A stretch of DNA of 64,000 nt. Source: a virus. Location: IMG/VR virus record IMGVR_UViG_3300002092_001378, positions 1 through 64,000 of that record. One strand, 5' to 3'. The position numbers and the translations under genes are program-made. Below the pieces are notes generated by a model. It was given only the letters and a program-made list of their open reading frames with translations. It was not told where the DNA came from and made no database searches. Shown in pieces: positions 43,501-52,049 of this stretch (positions within the stretch are counted from its first letter, which is position 1; each line of letters opens with the position of its first letter).

Positions 43501-46500
43501 TTTACATCCAAGACTGTCAATGGTATATCATATACCACAGTACCAAATAATCCAGCAAGCACCACTACTAATAGCAGTGCTGGTACAAATGCAAAGCTTA
43601 CATTAACATATGATGTTTCTTCATATATTAGCGGTGATACATTTGATCTTGATTATCTGATTGAATACAAAACAAGAGAATGGAAGCCAAATACCAGTTA
43701 TCTTAAAGACACTATTATTGTTTATAAGAAGAAGCCATATGTTGCACTATGCAACTTTACAAGTGGTAGATATTTTGAATGTAATACTGATATTTCGATA
43801 ACAAATTCGGTTACTTGGGAAGCAAACACATATTTTGTAAAGGGTTCTGTTATTGTCAATGACAATACTGCTTATCTAGTAGCTGACAACTATACAAGTC
43901 CAATCTTGTTTACTAATTTTGTTGCGCAGTCAACTATAGCATGGACTGCAAATACATTCTTCACTGAAGGGCAAATCTTAAAGTTTGCTGGCATTTCCTA
44001 TAAGGTATTAAATGATTACACTTCTGCTGGATCATTTGATACAAATAACTTAGTGGAGCTTTATGAAAATTATATCATTAACGTATTCCCAATTGCCGAG
44101 TACACCGGCGGATATTTTGATGATGCAAGTTCTAGAGTTTGGGGTTATTATCAACCAGCAGCTGGTATGCCAGGAAAAGATCTTGCTCAGGTCATGACAG
44201 GTATTGATTATCCAGGTGTAAACGTACTTGGTGCAACATTTGATCAAGCTCCTGGATACGGATTTGGATTATATGAACAAATAAAGTATGATACTAGAAC
44301 CTACGATGAAAATGGATTACTTGATATCTATGGCAGTCAGTCATTGGATACAGTACTGCATAGTCTTTACACTGACACTCAACTTGGTCTACGTCCGGCA
44401 GATATTATAAGTGATGGTTCGCAGTTTATTGATGTCTATAACAGTCATGCTCCTGAAGAATTAATTCCCGGACATATGTTTGATAGCTTAAACATGAGAG
44501 TTAAGACTTTGACTGCAACTGTGGTTGAAACTGCTCCTAAAGTATTAGTAGTTTCTCAATATGCAGACAATGTGACAACTAAGTTTTATTTTGATCCAGC
44601 GTTGCTAAGTCCTCCTCAGCCACATACAAACTTGCCAGTTGAAAACATTGAAAATGTAACAGTATTCAGTGACTTTGAAGGACCAAGAACTCAGGGTGTT
44701 GATTACACAGTTAATTGGGAAGCTCGTTATATTGAATTCCTAAATCCTCCAAAAACACCAAGCAGCATCTATATTTCAATATATGGTAACAGTGGTCAGA
44801 GAGTTGTTTATAATAACGAATTTATATCTGACGGTATACAGTTAGAATATGTGGCCGAAGATGTAACTTTAGATGTTGTGCAACAGGCTTATGTAAAAGT
44901 CAACAATGTACTTGCAGATAATTGGACTATTGTAAAAAATGATATAGTTGCTGATTGGCTACCGGTCTTTAGTTACAGCAAGGATGATTATGTACAATAC
45001 GAAGGGATAACATATAGAGCAACCGAAGATTTCACAACTGATGTTGAGTTTAATTTAACATATCTTACAGCAGCAAATAAAGTCGTTATTAGATTTGATG
45101 AGGCACCAGAGGCAGGAGCAAGAATACAAATTCACTTGTATGATTTCCCAATTACACAGAAAGCATACAGTCAAATTATGAATGAGCGTGTAGTAGTGCC
45201 AGTGGGTTATTCTGGGTCAGCACTTGGCTATCAGACTGATTTGCCAGAAGATCAAGGATTTGCGTATCCAAGAGAAGCAAATATGGTAGTCAAACTCAAT
45301 GGATTAACACTGGAGCCAAGTAATCAAAGTTATTATACTGGTACAGGTATGAAAACTTTATTTGCTATGTCAGCTACACGAAACATTGCCAATAAATTAC
45401 AAGTTGATTTAATTGTTACTGTTGATGGGGTATTAAAATCTCAAAATCTAGACTACCTAGTTAATAATAATGGTGTGGCAACTCCAACCATTACATTTAC
45501 TACACCCCCTCCAATGGGATCAAGAATTATTATAAGTGATAGAAGTACATCAAAGTATATTATTAATGATACAAATGTATTAACTATACGTCCAACTGTC
45601 GCTTTAAGTCCAGGTGATGTCATTGATATTGTACAGTACAGTAACTATGATCAATATCAATTTAATGTACAAGTATTTTCCGGATCATTAACTGATACGG
45701 TTAGTGCTGCATTGGGATTTGAAGATATTGGCTTTGATCAAATGGGATTTGATAATGAATTAACCAATACCCTAAGTTCAGTAACCTTTACAGTTACTAG
45801 ACCAGTGACAAATATTTCAAATGTTGAAATTACATTGAATGGTATTGTATTGCAAGCATATATTGATTACTACTTCGTAACACCAACAGTAGTTCGTTTG
45901 GATCCAGGGTTAAGCATTGTTAGTGACTCAATTATTGTTATAAGACAAGTGAGTGAAGATCATGCTCTACCATCACTGGAATACCGAATCTTTAAGAACA
46001 TTGCAGAAACTTATGACTACATTGGTATTGGTGCATCTACTACAACAGTATTAACTAAGGACTTTGCAATTGGTGATGAGTGGATGTATGTTCAAGATAC
46101 TACGGTATTTGGAAGACCTGATCCATCACTTGCAATCCCAGGTATATTGTTCTTAAATGGTGAACGAATCACATATTATTTTGTTGATACAATTAACAAG
46201 AGATTAGGCCAATTAAGAAGAGGAACAAATGGAACTGGTGCTGGCGATCTGTACGAAAAAGGCACAAAAGTATATGATGCAAGTGCTAAAAATGAGATTC
46301 CAATGGCTAGAGACACATATACTATAACAAATCCAACTATTAATTGGAAAGCTGAAACTAGTATTGTAAAGGACTCATTAATATCACATGATGGTTTGAT
46401 CTACAGATCTTCTATGAATTTCACACCAAATACAGATTTTGAAACAACAATGACAATGTTTTATCAAGTAACATTGTTAAACACAATCAAGTGGACTGCC

Positions 46501-46914
46501 AACAGATCATTCTCCGCAGGTACTATTATTAGTAACAGTGGAGTATTCTACAAAGTTCTAAACGATTTTACGTCAGGAGCTAGTTTCAGCAGAACTAATT
46601 TGGCTACAGCATTGCCCTGGGTAGCAAATACTGCTTACGTCAAGAATGACCTAATCAGTTACAATGGTGCAACTTACCAAGCAAAGGCATCGTTTACCAG
46701 TAGAAGTGCATTTGAAACTTCAATTGTTGTTCTTACTGAAACTGGCATTGCAACACTACTAATGAATAAACAAGGTACTGTTATATCGTTACCACCCAAT
46801 AGCCTAGTACGTCAAGGTAAAATTTGGCTAAATCCAGGGTATGCTGGGGTAACTGACGGCAATGGATTATTAGCTTCAACTTCTCAACAGGCATTGTTCC
46901 TAAAGGCATTATAA
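31501..46914 (+). CDS. Giant (5137 aa) baseplate wedge/structural protein, gp7-like position, with beta-propeller and carbohydrate-binding-like repeats
   Basis: Uninterrupted 15.4-kb ORF after gp6; FG...VVGAPG repeats; EVKPYHTKI motif; about ten W-x-(A/P)-N-T-x-(Y/F) repeats; IxxxGxGY repeats. Confidence 0.8.
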   Translation: MVDKNSLEFLPQVFRTNTNKRFLNATVDQLIQEPNMGRIYGYIGRQDLSPAFQQGDAYVQESDSYSQYYQLEPGLVINKRIVGTNNFKKDNAYNYVDLLNGIAQEGGINTNHSRLFANEYYNYEGFIDLDKLINYGKYYWVPNGPTTLEINGGGVPTYETFNISRPLDSGILSATLINRNVGSVGYSIDTQPGVINPTITVARGGHYTFNLAQPGHPLYIQSEPGINTGSSYQENINVRQVYGVNGNGTEVGTITFSVPSKDSQAFFEEMPVFDTVDLVLDVPFNQLQDAYVTDFLLDGSLDGIKSVTSKRVVLINDQDDFWIDPVPYDEFGNPYDSGSYDASEIVPKEKRRGIWQLNNVEGVIKISYVKDWPANTKVFVREGRTYGHINVFKDTLLNIYPVPTLTAPLDTLYYQDGADANVYGVIKIVDPDPNSGLNINEILGQEEYTSPNGVKLTSGLKIKFNGLITPESYLDREFVVEGVGKSISLIPWDSLVTPDPNNPNLGDGFAADSQSYDSLNYDYSLNAPLRKDYIVINRGSTDGNAWSRTNRWFHEDVIRYSATFLDSEAAVALDNNYRAIRPIIEFDPNLQLWNHGQKLVDTVTVIDNYITDVANQVEGLNPYVLVYANRGNSIRKVVSKSSHINVKTLSFDSVTDLSIDMKVIGVNISTNTTIEAIDYNKKIVTISNPLVGEITLGSEITFNGDYVSDDIPLENGTKVIFIREKYGNVRNKVYEVKNILPHSGLPVTKSVTQFASIGNQILKFGTVNDLFVNMHLTGTNIPANTVVLSIDSTNRTVTVNNKISNDIGVGSAITFSNDLTQIHLTPLHTMEEGDSVVAISGLTRQNQTYWWHNEAWLRAQNKFSLNQSPLFDVFNLDGISWGNTDYYGSSTFAGSKLFGYKEGTGTRDSELGFPLTYRSIGNIGDIVFENYYDTDTFTFNYNNKDQILATRFGYVHEFSAMYRTFKLRNNWTKVADLSKQYIEKRFVASQNLRNNFTVDVAFVNSFNEKNCSVHVNGKEIITGDFYTLMGNSTSSVISFVNDLNVGDVLIIRIYGTPNGVKENFTLPKNLVDNSFNDTFETLTLGQIRNHLLEIASNSLKFQGEPSGLNNLRDIDYKIIPGKILQHSAGVHIAQAMFNNDSTNIIKAIDFSRRNYTRFKDRFFYLVSSMEFPDTDDARGCLDIVMEEITLNSSNDQSFYYSDMMPFGINTYVYNDYTVYDTAYRTFNLVNSFNITEPSYQAVLVYQNNQQLLIGIDYTVNGFVVKLTNELNLEINDVISIYEYTNTRGSMIPATPTKLGLYPKFTPQIYLDNTFVDEPLNVIQGHDGSKSIAFDDYRDNIILEMEKRIYNNISVEFKNDANTSYLGVEPGAFRKTDYSLDEWTQLLSGSYLNWAGANNVNVFDNTTSDDSPFSFNYGAGYDVLFDEGIPGYWRGIYKYFYDTDTPHLTPWEMVGFSQEPTWWQVRYGPAPYSAGNLVLWQDMEAGVVYQHGYDSYTDIRYARPGLNQIIPVDEHGNLLAPYAGGDGFGIVTRWNSATSTAKWRFGDQSPQETAWRRSSEYPFAVQTAWALARPAQYCALSLNRRDLIRLNGLDQIINKVTANRKLNIQVTNDDYYVPGSNVWIRDRLADLNLDIVQNFVEIFDNLSLNLLYKASGYTDKSYVQLLADQASPSSTNSGIIVPQENYDIMVTKSAPIGVATYSAVVIEKTSNGFSVYGFDTSKPYFTVIPRRYNNNTYNIKVSNSTAVVYMDDENSILTIPYGTQFTSKQQVVDFLISYSKYLTSIGFQFIDTTSVETVPNVADWQLSVGEFLYWIEQGWDNKTLISLTPAGTKINFNSGFGVVDKINDSFNDSKVVDSNGKTLQTKDYTVFRSGTQFELKLRDVATGIHLIVMQVVQYEHTFVFDNVTVFNDVIYEPSLGNRQFRVRISGFKTRDWDGSLYAPGFLVNFMPINNWQPMKDYYKGEIVDFKNIYYTARQFVPGNSKFDVNNWYIVPNDNSLLSKQLIPNLAFNAQQFENFYDVDKFDINRSADSAARNATGFVAREYLNDIGLDNISQHKFYLGMIREKGTQAAVNAFLRAKLPYLNNTVKIDEQWAIRLGNFGGYNQKKDIEISLAGAKTYNSSYIIELIEANDTRSESWNSYKPKDLLVKPAAFDTNIFSSNEEYAPMIPMAGHVVNSEVDVTIFDINKINNASSLVTVLGEGSRIWVASDTKNNWKVYRITADYKITIIGAVVVNNEIEFTTDVAHTLSRNDFIMIKRGSITSTASGNKDLSGFYRVNAVSGKKFRVPVYPNGTSASGAMTGELYVLKTVRFSDRSRFAINPPGRGWQNGDRVWIDGLDGNWEVLGNQSPWLNNYTLSPVFGTNSHLFGNGIDLKTTQDIMVVGAPGKDKGYVYVYEQMGDNTWSVANSVTPENSYTSQFGYSVKYNDLDLAVVGAPGSNSGAGFAYIMQTSSSAIQINQIINPAGLTSSSGFGTAVAASSDGNWVAISAPGTNNVLIYKYKKVTVPANKSYTLTKLIYGQPTHTIIPDLVGTGKIAADLRVTLNQAMLVPNIDYTVAEGASGTEITLTFPNWQANTFYKIGDQFYYSPVIYNPTETHIWTVTAPFTSGATFSTTWTDPVTSTTATVMTQSLSTLTMTYDSYYEYKTTITLSNGTTSPKFGSSLSFATDGSQLIVGSPNYSPTATDVNVGQVNVYQRRIETFIANGVSKVFTLATSTTNPDVIVNGTLLTTGYTFVSSTLTLDTVPSADSIVTVATNAFNLIETKSPTVVQSYGYYGSKVLICPKSCSLYVGSPGYNNVNYGNGAVYRYVNEARTYGSIVGQNSNPTLTIGDYLRINNVKVAFTGTTVTQLVKDINNALIPGITASLLRGNLVLKTDSEIAFNKITVDASSTTVLATLGLTIFKSSQIITSNADQDTVNFGNQIAINNDSTKLLISANVANNRTIITFDQGRTTFDSRSTKVLSIAYRSGCAYLYEYMGDATETAATPGAFTFAQTFNNSVLATNDYFGTGIALGKNWVMVSSLNSKNNNAGAVYTYLNSNGLDNWRVVRSKPTNIDVRKLERLYLYNNNTKTLITDLPIIDPEHGMPVPSAPEQIRYMVNYDPAIYNNSPNNNTFANDSRNAWADEHVGELWWDTNQIKYADWNQGDLLNRFNNWGLSFPNSYISVYEWVESDVIPSQFATSKSTTIPVYTVSDVYTAKTKIDPLTLQAVTKYYFWVVNSNSNSSMKHRDTAVALQNLIVNPRNINQPFAAVIAGNALALFNCKDIVNEDTVLHISVNDNLTVNPVHREWSMFDDGTDLGVAEEFLNRMNDSMAGEDAQGRTVPDPGLTEKEKYGLDVRPRQTTFADRFKAREIWVNNVNAAFIKYPMSILRDLTDLNDYDPLPMVDGIDIKLQVDYDTDLPYINKAFYTQGDKILVVNDSTTGGWCIRKLLPNPANTVENSWQVYQIQTYDLRKYWEYADWYATQYSKDTPVSKILNYEYEIANSNPEIGDVIKILAGTDGKWKLILVQENSLELIGQQNATIQFSRSLYSNLNAGFGFETISWEVTSYAKDAAIEFRKIFNTTNNYLLTNELRSEYKALIGTMIDNIATQFKQNDWLFKTSLINIRHNVRSLDQIPVYTKQPENVVSGFISEVKPYHTKIKQYVSIYDKTDTSLLDVVDFDLPAYYNSQLGKYRQPQLGNPFDDAVIDNVIYSPWIANHTYSIDYIDIASPGSGYNNETKILIMGDGVGATATAYVRGGQLYDIIITNPGKGYTYANIKVLGIGSGASAYVKLGRATARMISTKLNFDRFTYTQLTKDWAANTIYSINDIVLHNNTVYRIATGNKGRSGDQNVVLSVMDAVVSSSGTGYQPGDKLYVTSKDAQAETISLYNASLGTVADTTVFARAAFNVDAIKLASVTIQNGGSNYAVGNTIVFELDNDVNVVLSVTAISGGGAIGPITAVSIANAGKRTVVPAANPLKYDILTQGAAANQPTGYGATFNFVWGIRNVSIDNPGAFTSKTVNGISYTTVPNNPASTTTNSSAGTNAKLTLTYDVSSYISGDTFDLDYLIEYKTREWKPNTSYLKDTIIVYKKKPYVALCNFTSGRYFECNTDISITNSVTWEANTYFVKGSVIVNDNTAYLVADNYTSPILFTNFVAQSTIAWTANTFFTEGQILKFAGISYKVLNDYTSAGSFDTNNLVELYENYIINVFPIAEYTGGYFDDASSRVWGYYQPAAGMPGKDLAQVMTGIDYPGVNVLGATFDQAPGYGFGLYEQIKYDTRTYDENGLLDIYGSQSLDTVLHSLYTDTQLGLRPADIISDGSQFIDVYNSHAPEELIPGHMFDSLNMRVKTLTATVVETAPKVLVVSQYADNVTTKFYFDPALLSPPQPHTNLPVENIENVTVFSDFEGPRTQGVDYTVNWEARYIEFLNPPKTPSSIYISIYGNSGQRVVYNNEFISDGIQLEYVAEDVTLDVVQQAYVKVNNVLADNWTIVKNDIVADWLPVFSYSKDDYVQYEGITYRATEDFTTDVEFNLTYLTAANKVVIRFDEAPEAGARIQIHLYDFPITQKAYSQIMNERVVVPVGYSGSALGYQTDLPEDQGFAYPREANMVVKLNGLTLEPSNQSYYTGTGMKTLFAMSATRNIANKLQVDLIVTVDGVLKSQNLDYLVNNNGVATPTITFTTPPPMGSRIIISDRSTSKYIINDTNVLTIRPTVALSPGDVIDIVQYSNYDQYQFNVQVFSGSLTDTVSAALGFEDIGFDQMGFDNELTNTLSSVTFTVTRPVTNISNVEITLNGIVLQAYIDYYFVTPTVVRLDPGLSIVSDSIIVIRQVSEDHALPSLEYRIFKNIAETYDYIGIGASTTTVLTKDFAIGDEWMYVQDTTVFGRPDPSLAIPGILFLNGERITYYFVDTINKRLGQLRRGTNGTGAGDLYEKGTKVYDASAKNEIPMARDTYTITNPTINWKAETSIVKDSLISHDGLIYRSSMNFTPNTDFETTMTMFYQVTLLNTIKWTANRSFSAGTIISNSGVFYKVLNDFTSGASFSRTNLATALPWVANTAYVKNDLISYNGATYQAKASFTSRSAFETSIVVLTETGIATLLMNKQGTVISLPPNSLVRQGKIWLNPGYAGVTDGNGLLASTSQQALFLKAL

Positions 46915-46976
46915 TGACAAACAATAAACCCGAGGTTTCTGTTAGAATAAATAAAGAACAGCAAGAGAAACAAAAA

Positions 46977-47591
46977 ATGTCTAAACCAGATGAAACCAGT
47001 GGTATACGAATTGAGGGTCACATTAAAATATGGGATCCTAGTAGTGGCGAAATTATTGTTAATAAACGTAATGCTATTCATTATGAAAACTTCAGCCAAG
47101 CTCTTGCTCACAGTGTGGGTAATCAACAAGAGGGTTGGATTGCAGAAATGGCATTTGGAAATGGTGGTACCAGTGTTGACCCCACTGGTGTTATAACCTA
47201 TTTGCCAACAAATACTTCAGGCAGTAATGCTGCATTGTACAATCAAACATATTATAAGGTTGTTGATGCAAATAGTATCTATAATACTGATCCCACTAGA
47301 AACTTAATTCAAGTAAGACACGTTCCCGGAACAGTATACACTGATGTGCTTGTGAGTTGTTTGCTTGATTACGGTGAGCCCAGTGACCAACAGGCATTTG
47401 ACAATAGCACTAGCATGGCTGATGTTTATGTCTTTGATGAGCTAGGTTTGAAAGCTTATAATGTCAATGGTATTAACACTGGCAATTTATTAACTCATGT
47501 TATTTTTCATCCAGTGCAGAAGTCATTAAACAGACTTATTCAAATTGATTATACGGTTCGAATTCAGACACTAACTACATTAACATCATAA
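46977..47591 (+). CDS. Conserved baseplate-associated structural protein
   Basis: GHIKIWD...KRNAIHYEN, FGNGGT, FDELGL, HPVQKSLNR; TAAATA at 46948-46953 favours ATG 46977. Confidence 0.65.
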   Translation: MSKPDETSGIRIEGHIKIWDPSSGEIIVNKRNAIHYENFSQALAHSVGNQQEGWIAEMAFGNGGTSVDPTGVITYLPTNTSGSNAALYNQTYYKVVDANSIYNTDPTRNLIQVRHVPGTVYTDVLVSCLLDYGEPSDQQAFDNSTSMADVYVFDELGLKAYNVNGINTGNLLTHVIFHPVQKSLNRLIQIDYTVRIQTLTTLTS

Positions 47592-47605
47592 GGTTGTATC
47601 ATTAG

Positions 47606-48535
47606 ATGCCATACTATATTAATCACACAAACGGAACAAGTCTTGTCACAGTAGAAGATGGTACTGTAGACAATACGACTACGAGTATTAATCTTGTTGG
47701 CAAGAGTTTTCCAACTTATGGTCAATTGTTTAATCAGAATTTTGTCAATCTATTGGAAAATTTTTCCAATACCAGTGCTCCTGATACCCCACTAATTGGA
47801 CAAATTTGGTACGATAGTGCTAACAAAAACTTAAGTTTTTATAGAGAAGGATCGACAGACAGTTATTGGCAAAAGGTTGCCATGACTCATGAAGGCACAA
47901 CAGCGCCCAGTGATCCTCGCTTGGGTGATTTGTGGTGGGACACTAATAATGCTCAGTTAAAAATATATGACTCAAGTCAGACACCAAATTGGCGTGTTAT
48001 TGGCCCGCAGACTACTAACAATGGTCAGTTAAACGTAACAAGTGCCACTGGCTTGGTAATTCAAGTAAGTGGCAATAACTCGTTGCAAATTGATGCATCC
48101 AGTGCAGTTATTTTAAATTACAATCCATGTTTTTATGGCTATGGACATACTAGTGGTGCAACTTCAATAATTGGAAGTGGTATCACAACATATAATGCAT
48201 GGATGCCAAGACCATTGAGTACTACTATTGACAAGGGTACAAATTGGGATGCAGTGCATTCATGGTTTAATGTTAATACAACAGGTGTTTACCGCGTAAC
48301 TTCAAGTATTACAACTTTGGGTGGTGGAAATATTAATCTAAAATGGCAAGTTTCTGGTTCTGATCAGAATATTTCGTCTACTAACAATCATACAAGTTCA
48401 GAAGTTCATCATTTGACATGCTCGGGGTTAATTAGAGCAAGCAGTGGTACTTACATTCAATTACTTTGGAGTGCTGATTCTGTTGCAAGTGTGAGCACGT
48501 CCAATGCTACCTACAGTATAGAATTTGTTGGCTAA
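47606..48535 (+). CDS. Fibre/baseplate-attached protein 1 (shared N-terminal module; C1q/TNF-like C-terminus)
   Basis: N-terminal DGT...LVGK...NFVNLLENF...GQIWYD module; C-terminal FNVNTTGVYRV beta-sandwich. Confidence 0.65.
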   Translation: MPYYINHTNGTSLVTVEDGTVDNTTTSINLVGKSFPTYGQLFNQNFVNLLENFSNTSAPDTPLIGQIWYDSANKNLSFYREGSTDSYWQKVAMTHEGTTAPSDPRLGDLWWDTNNAQLKIYDSSQTPNWRVIGPQTTNNGQLNVTSATGLVIQVSGNNSLQIDASSAVILNYNPCFYGYGHTSGATSIIGSGITTYNAWMPRPLSTTIDKGTNWDAVHSWFNVNTTGVYRVTSSITTLGGGNINLKWQVSGSDQNISSTNNHTSSEVHHLTCSGLIRASSGTYIQLLWSADSVASVSTSNATYSIEFVG

Positions 48536-48563
48536 AGCCAATAAATAACTGAGGGAAAGATAC

Positions 48564-50423
48564 ATGGCATATATTGTTAATAAAACAGATGGAAATATTG
48601 CTGCTGTTGTTAATGACGGCACGCTTAGTACAGTTACGAGCATAAAGCTTGTTGGTATCGGTTACCAAAATTATGCTGAAACAATTGCTGAAAATCTTGT
48701 GCAGATGATGGAAAACTTTGCACACATAATACCCCCAACTGGACCTCTTCCTGGACAAATTTGGTTTAACAAAAATACCAGTCATTTGCAAGTTTATGAC
48801 GGTGTAATGTTTAAGGAAATTAACAATACTGCAATTAGTGACTCTACACCAATACACGCCAGAACCGGTGATTTTTGGTTTAATAACACCACAAAACAAT
48901 TATTTTTCTATAGAAATGGTAACTGGCAAGTAATTGCTCCTGCGTATCCAGCAAGTATGGGTGCAACAGACCTAGTAGCTGAAGGGTTAACTGATCTTAG
49001 TGGCAACGTACATCCTGCTGTTACTTTATATGTTGATGGTAGTAGAATGGCCATTATCAGTAAAGACGATAGTTATATGCCCATTCCTTATATTGAAGGG
49101 TTTACAAATGTAAATCCAGGCATAAACTTAATTGAATATCCAGGATATAGATACAGTGGTATAGTAGACTATGCAGGAGCAGCATATGGTTTACTATCAG
49201 ACGCCGATGCAACGTATATGCATGCCAACTCCGATGCCAGTACAGTAGGTACATTGAGTGTTATAAATGATGGTGGGATTGCAATTGGCGCAAATGGTGA
49301 TGTTGTTATATCATCAATAGTAGCCAGTCCCTATACTTTTGGTTCATCTATAACATCAACAACTGATAAATCTTTGGCATTAGTTGGTTATGGCGGTGGC
49401 ACATTAGTAATGGATAACGCTACTAATTGGATCGCCATTAATAAGATTAATCCCACTGCTGACTTAGATGTTGGTGGCTCAATTAATGCTGACGAGACTA
49501 TTACTTCGCAGGGCGGTTATTATTTTACTGATGGCAGCTTTATAAATTATTCTAATGTAAGCGGGTTAAGCACAATAAGATTGGCACCAGGTGGTGAGTT
49601 AGTTGCATTAACTGCTGATAGCACAGGCAATATTTTTGTTCAGGGATCTTCCAACTTTAATGATTCAATTGGAGTAACTGGTAGTGCTGTAGTGACAGGC
49701 AATGTTAGTATACAAACTTGGCCAACTGAAAATTATCATGCCACATCTAAGCAATATACTGAATCTTTAACAGTATCAAATATGTTACCATATGGTAGTA
49801 TTATCATGTGGTATGGTACAGTGGCAGATGTACCAGATGGATGGGCAGTATGCAATGGATCAAATGGAACACCAGACTTAACTGATAAGTTTGTTATGGG
49901 TGCCGGAAACCAAGCTGAATTAGGAACTATTGGTGGACAAAGCTTTGCAACAATAACAACAAATTTAAGCGGAGCACATACACATACTGGATCAACTGCA
50001 TCTGCCGGTAGTCATGATCACTCAGGATTAACAGGCGCACATGCGTTGACACCGGGAGAACTTGCAAGCCATCAACATACGTTTAACGACGTCTATGCTC
50101 TTCAGGATGATGCTAATCCACCATTATATGACAGAAATGGTAATAGAGTCTTTAGGTACAGTAGTTGGGGTGATGATGGCGACAATGATTCTGGTAACCC
50201 TGCATACTTTGAAAGTATTACAGATAGTGCTGGTTCAAGTGATCCACATAATCATCCAATAAGTTCTGATGGTATTCATTCACATGCATTGGCAATAGAT
50301 CAAACAGCCGCGCATTTACATACAATTGATAATTTTGACAATAGACCTAGCTTTATGGCATTATACTATATTATGAAAGTGGCAAATGCACTAGTAGAAC
50401 CTTTACAACCACCGGGTTATTAA
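48564..50423 (+). CDS. Fibre protein 2 with tail-collar domain and HxH tip repeats
   Basis: Shared N-module; LPYGSIIMWYG...PDGWAVCNGSNGTPDL collar motif; HTH/HDH/HQH/HNH/HSH repeats; NRPSFMALYYIMK end. Confidence 0.8.
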   Translation: MAYIVNKTDGNIAAVVNDGTLSTVTSIKLVGIGYQNYAETIAENLVQMMENFAHIIPPTGPLPGQIWFNKNTSHLQVYDGVMFKEINNTAISDSTPIHARTGDFWFNNTTKQLFFYRNGNWQVIAPAYPASMGATDLVAEGLTDLSGNVHPAVTLYVDGSRMAIISKDDSYMPIPYIEGFTNVNPGINLIEYPGYRYSGIVDYAGAAYGLLSDADATYMHANSDASTVGTLSVINDGGIAIGANGDVVISSIVASPYTFGSSITSTTDKSLALVGYGGGTLVMDNATNWIAINKINPTADLDVGGSINADETITSQGGYYFTDGSFINYSNVSGLSTIRLAPGGELVALTADSTGNIFVQGSSNFNDSIGVTGSAVVTGNVSIQTWPTENYHATSKQYTESLTVSNMLPYGSIIMWYGTVADVPDGWAVCNGSNGTPDLTDKFVMGAGNQAELGTIGGQSFATITTNLSGAHTHTGSTASAGSHDHSGLTGAHALTPGELASHQHTFNDVYALQDDANPPLYDRNGNRVFRYSSWGDDGDNDSGNPAYFESITDSAGSSDPHNHPISSDGIHSHALAIDQTAAHLHTIDNFDNRPSFMALYYIMKVANALVEPLQPPGY

Positions 50424-50456
50424 CTGAATAAATATATAACAACAGAAGAGTGAGAC

Positions 50457-52049
50457 ATGTCATATAGTATTACTACGTCCAATAACGCAACTTCCTATCT
50501 GGTACCAGATGGTCGTTTAAATTCCGACACTTCCTTGGATTTTATTGGTAAGGGAACAACTGCATATGGTACATCACTTAACTCAAATTTTTTACATCTA
50601 TTAGAAAGTTTTGCGGCACCAACTCCTCCAGCGCGATCAATTGCTGGGCAAATATGGTTTGATACTTCAACTGGATACCTTAAAGTCAGCAATGGGCTTG
50701 GATTTAATTATGTAACGGGCCCAATTGATTTTATTGATCACAGTACAATTGGTAATATTTTACTACAGTCAAGCAGTATTACTGGCACACTCACTAACGC
50801 TAATGTAAACATTACACCCAATGGTACAGGAAGCACTGTAATTAAGAACATTGCATCTAATAATTTTACTGTTGGTCGTGTTCCTTATATTGCTGCAAAT
50901 GGTGCATTAGTTACAAATGCAATGAGTTATAATGTAGTAACTGATACATTAGCTGCCGCATATCTAACTGCTGGTAGTGGTATATCAGGGCTATTAACTA
51001 CTGCTGCTCAGACTAATATTACAAGTCTCGGAACTTTAAATACACTTGCGGTTAACAGTGCAAGTGCAATTTCACTTACTTCTGCAAATACAAATGTTGT
51101 TGGGAACGCCACAGTTAGTGCAAATCTAGGAGTCAGTGGCACTGGTAATTTTGCTGGTACGGTTAATGCAGCGACAGTATTAGCAACTTCAATTGGTAAT
51201 TCAACTACTGTAATGACTGCTGCTACATTTACTGGCACACATAATGGAACACACAACGGTGCATTAAACGGGGCACATAATGGAACTGTTGGTGCAACTA
51301 CTGCTAACACTGGAAATTTTACCACTATCACTGCTTCGACGATCAGTACGACTGGTGGATTGTCTGGAGTTGCAACAAACTTCAATACGAATCCAGCAAG
51401 TATAGATACAGGTAGAATATTTGCTATCTATAATACAAATTATATGCCGGGAGCAAGTTACAGCTCTTCTGATTCACGTATATTTGACTTTGGTGTGACT
51501 ACTGGTAATATCGCTTATCTACGTACAAGTGGAACCAATGGGTTTCAAATTTTATCAGGTGGAAGTGGCACCAGTTTTAATAACTCAATATTACCTACAA
51601 CTACTGCCACCTATAATTTAGGTTCATCAGGTGCTACTTGGGCAACTATCTACGGTCTAGCAACATCTGCAAAGTACGCTGACTTGGCGGAAAATTATGT
51701 TGCTGATGATGATTATGAGCCCGGCACTGTTGTTATATTTGGTGGGGATCAGGAAGTTACTGTTTGCGATAAAGATGCAAGCAATGCTATTGCTGGTGTA
51801 ATTTCAACTGAACCAGGCTACTTAATGAATGCTGCAATTAATGTACCACATGTTGCCACAGTGGCATTAGTTGGCCGTGTTCCAACTAAGGTTAAAGGGC
51901 CAATTAAAAAGGGACAGATGCTGGTTGGAACTGCTGACGGCATGGCTCGCGCAGAAGACAATCCCAAGATGGGAACAGTAATTGGCAAGGCGCTTAAAGA
52001 CTTTAACGGTGACGTTGGGGTTATTGAAGTTGTAGTTGGGCGTCTCTAA
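50457..52049 (+). CDS. Fibre protein 3 with a C-terminal intramolecular-chaperone/peptidase-like domain
   Basis: Shared N-module; T/N/G-rich shaft; AKYADLAENY...GRVPTKVKGPIKKG...IGKAL C-terminal domain. Confidence 0.75.
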   Translation: MSYSITTSNNATSYLVPDGRLNSDTSLDFIGKGTTAYGTSLNSNFLHLLESFAAPTPPARSIAGQIWFDTSTGYLKVSNGLGFNYVTGPIDFIDHSTIGNILLQSSSITGTLTNANVNITPNGTGSTVIKNIASNNFTVGRVPYIAANGALVTNAMSYNVVTDTLAAAYLTAGSGISGLLTTAAQTNITSLGTLNTLAVNSASAISLTSANTNVVGNATVSANLGVSGTGNFAGTVNAATVLATSIGNSTTVMTAATFTGTHNGTHNGALNGAHNGTVGATTANTGNFTTITASTISTTGGLSGVATNFNTNPASIDTGRIFAIYNTNYMPGASYSSSDSRIFDFGVTTGNIAYLRTSGTNGFQILSGGSGTSFNNSILPTTTATYNLGSSGATWATIYGLATSAKYADLAENYVADDDYEPGTVVIFGGDQEVTVCDKDASNAIAGVISTEPGYLMNAAINVPHVATVALVGRVPTKVKGPIKKGQMLVGTADGMARAEDNPKMGTVIGKALKDFNGDVGVIEVVVGRL

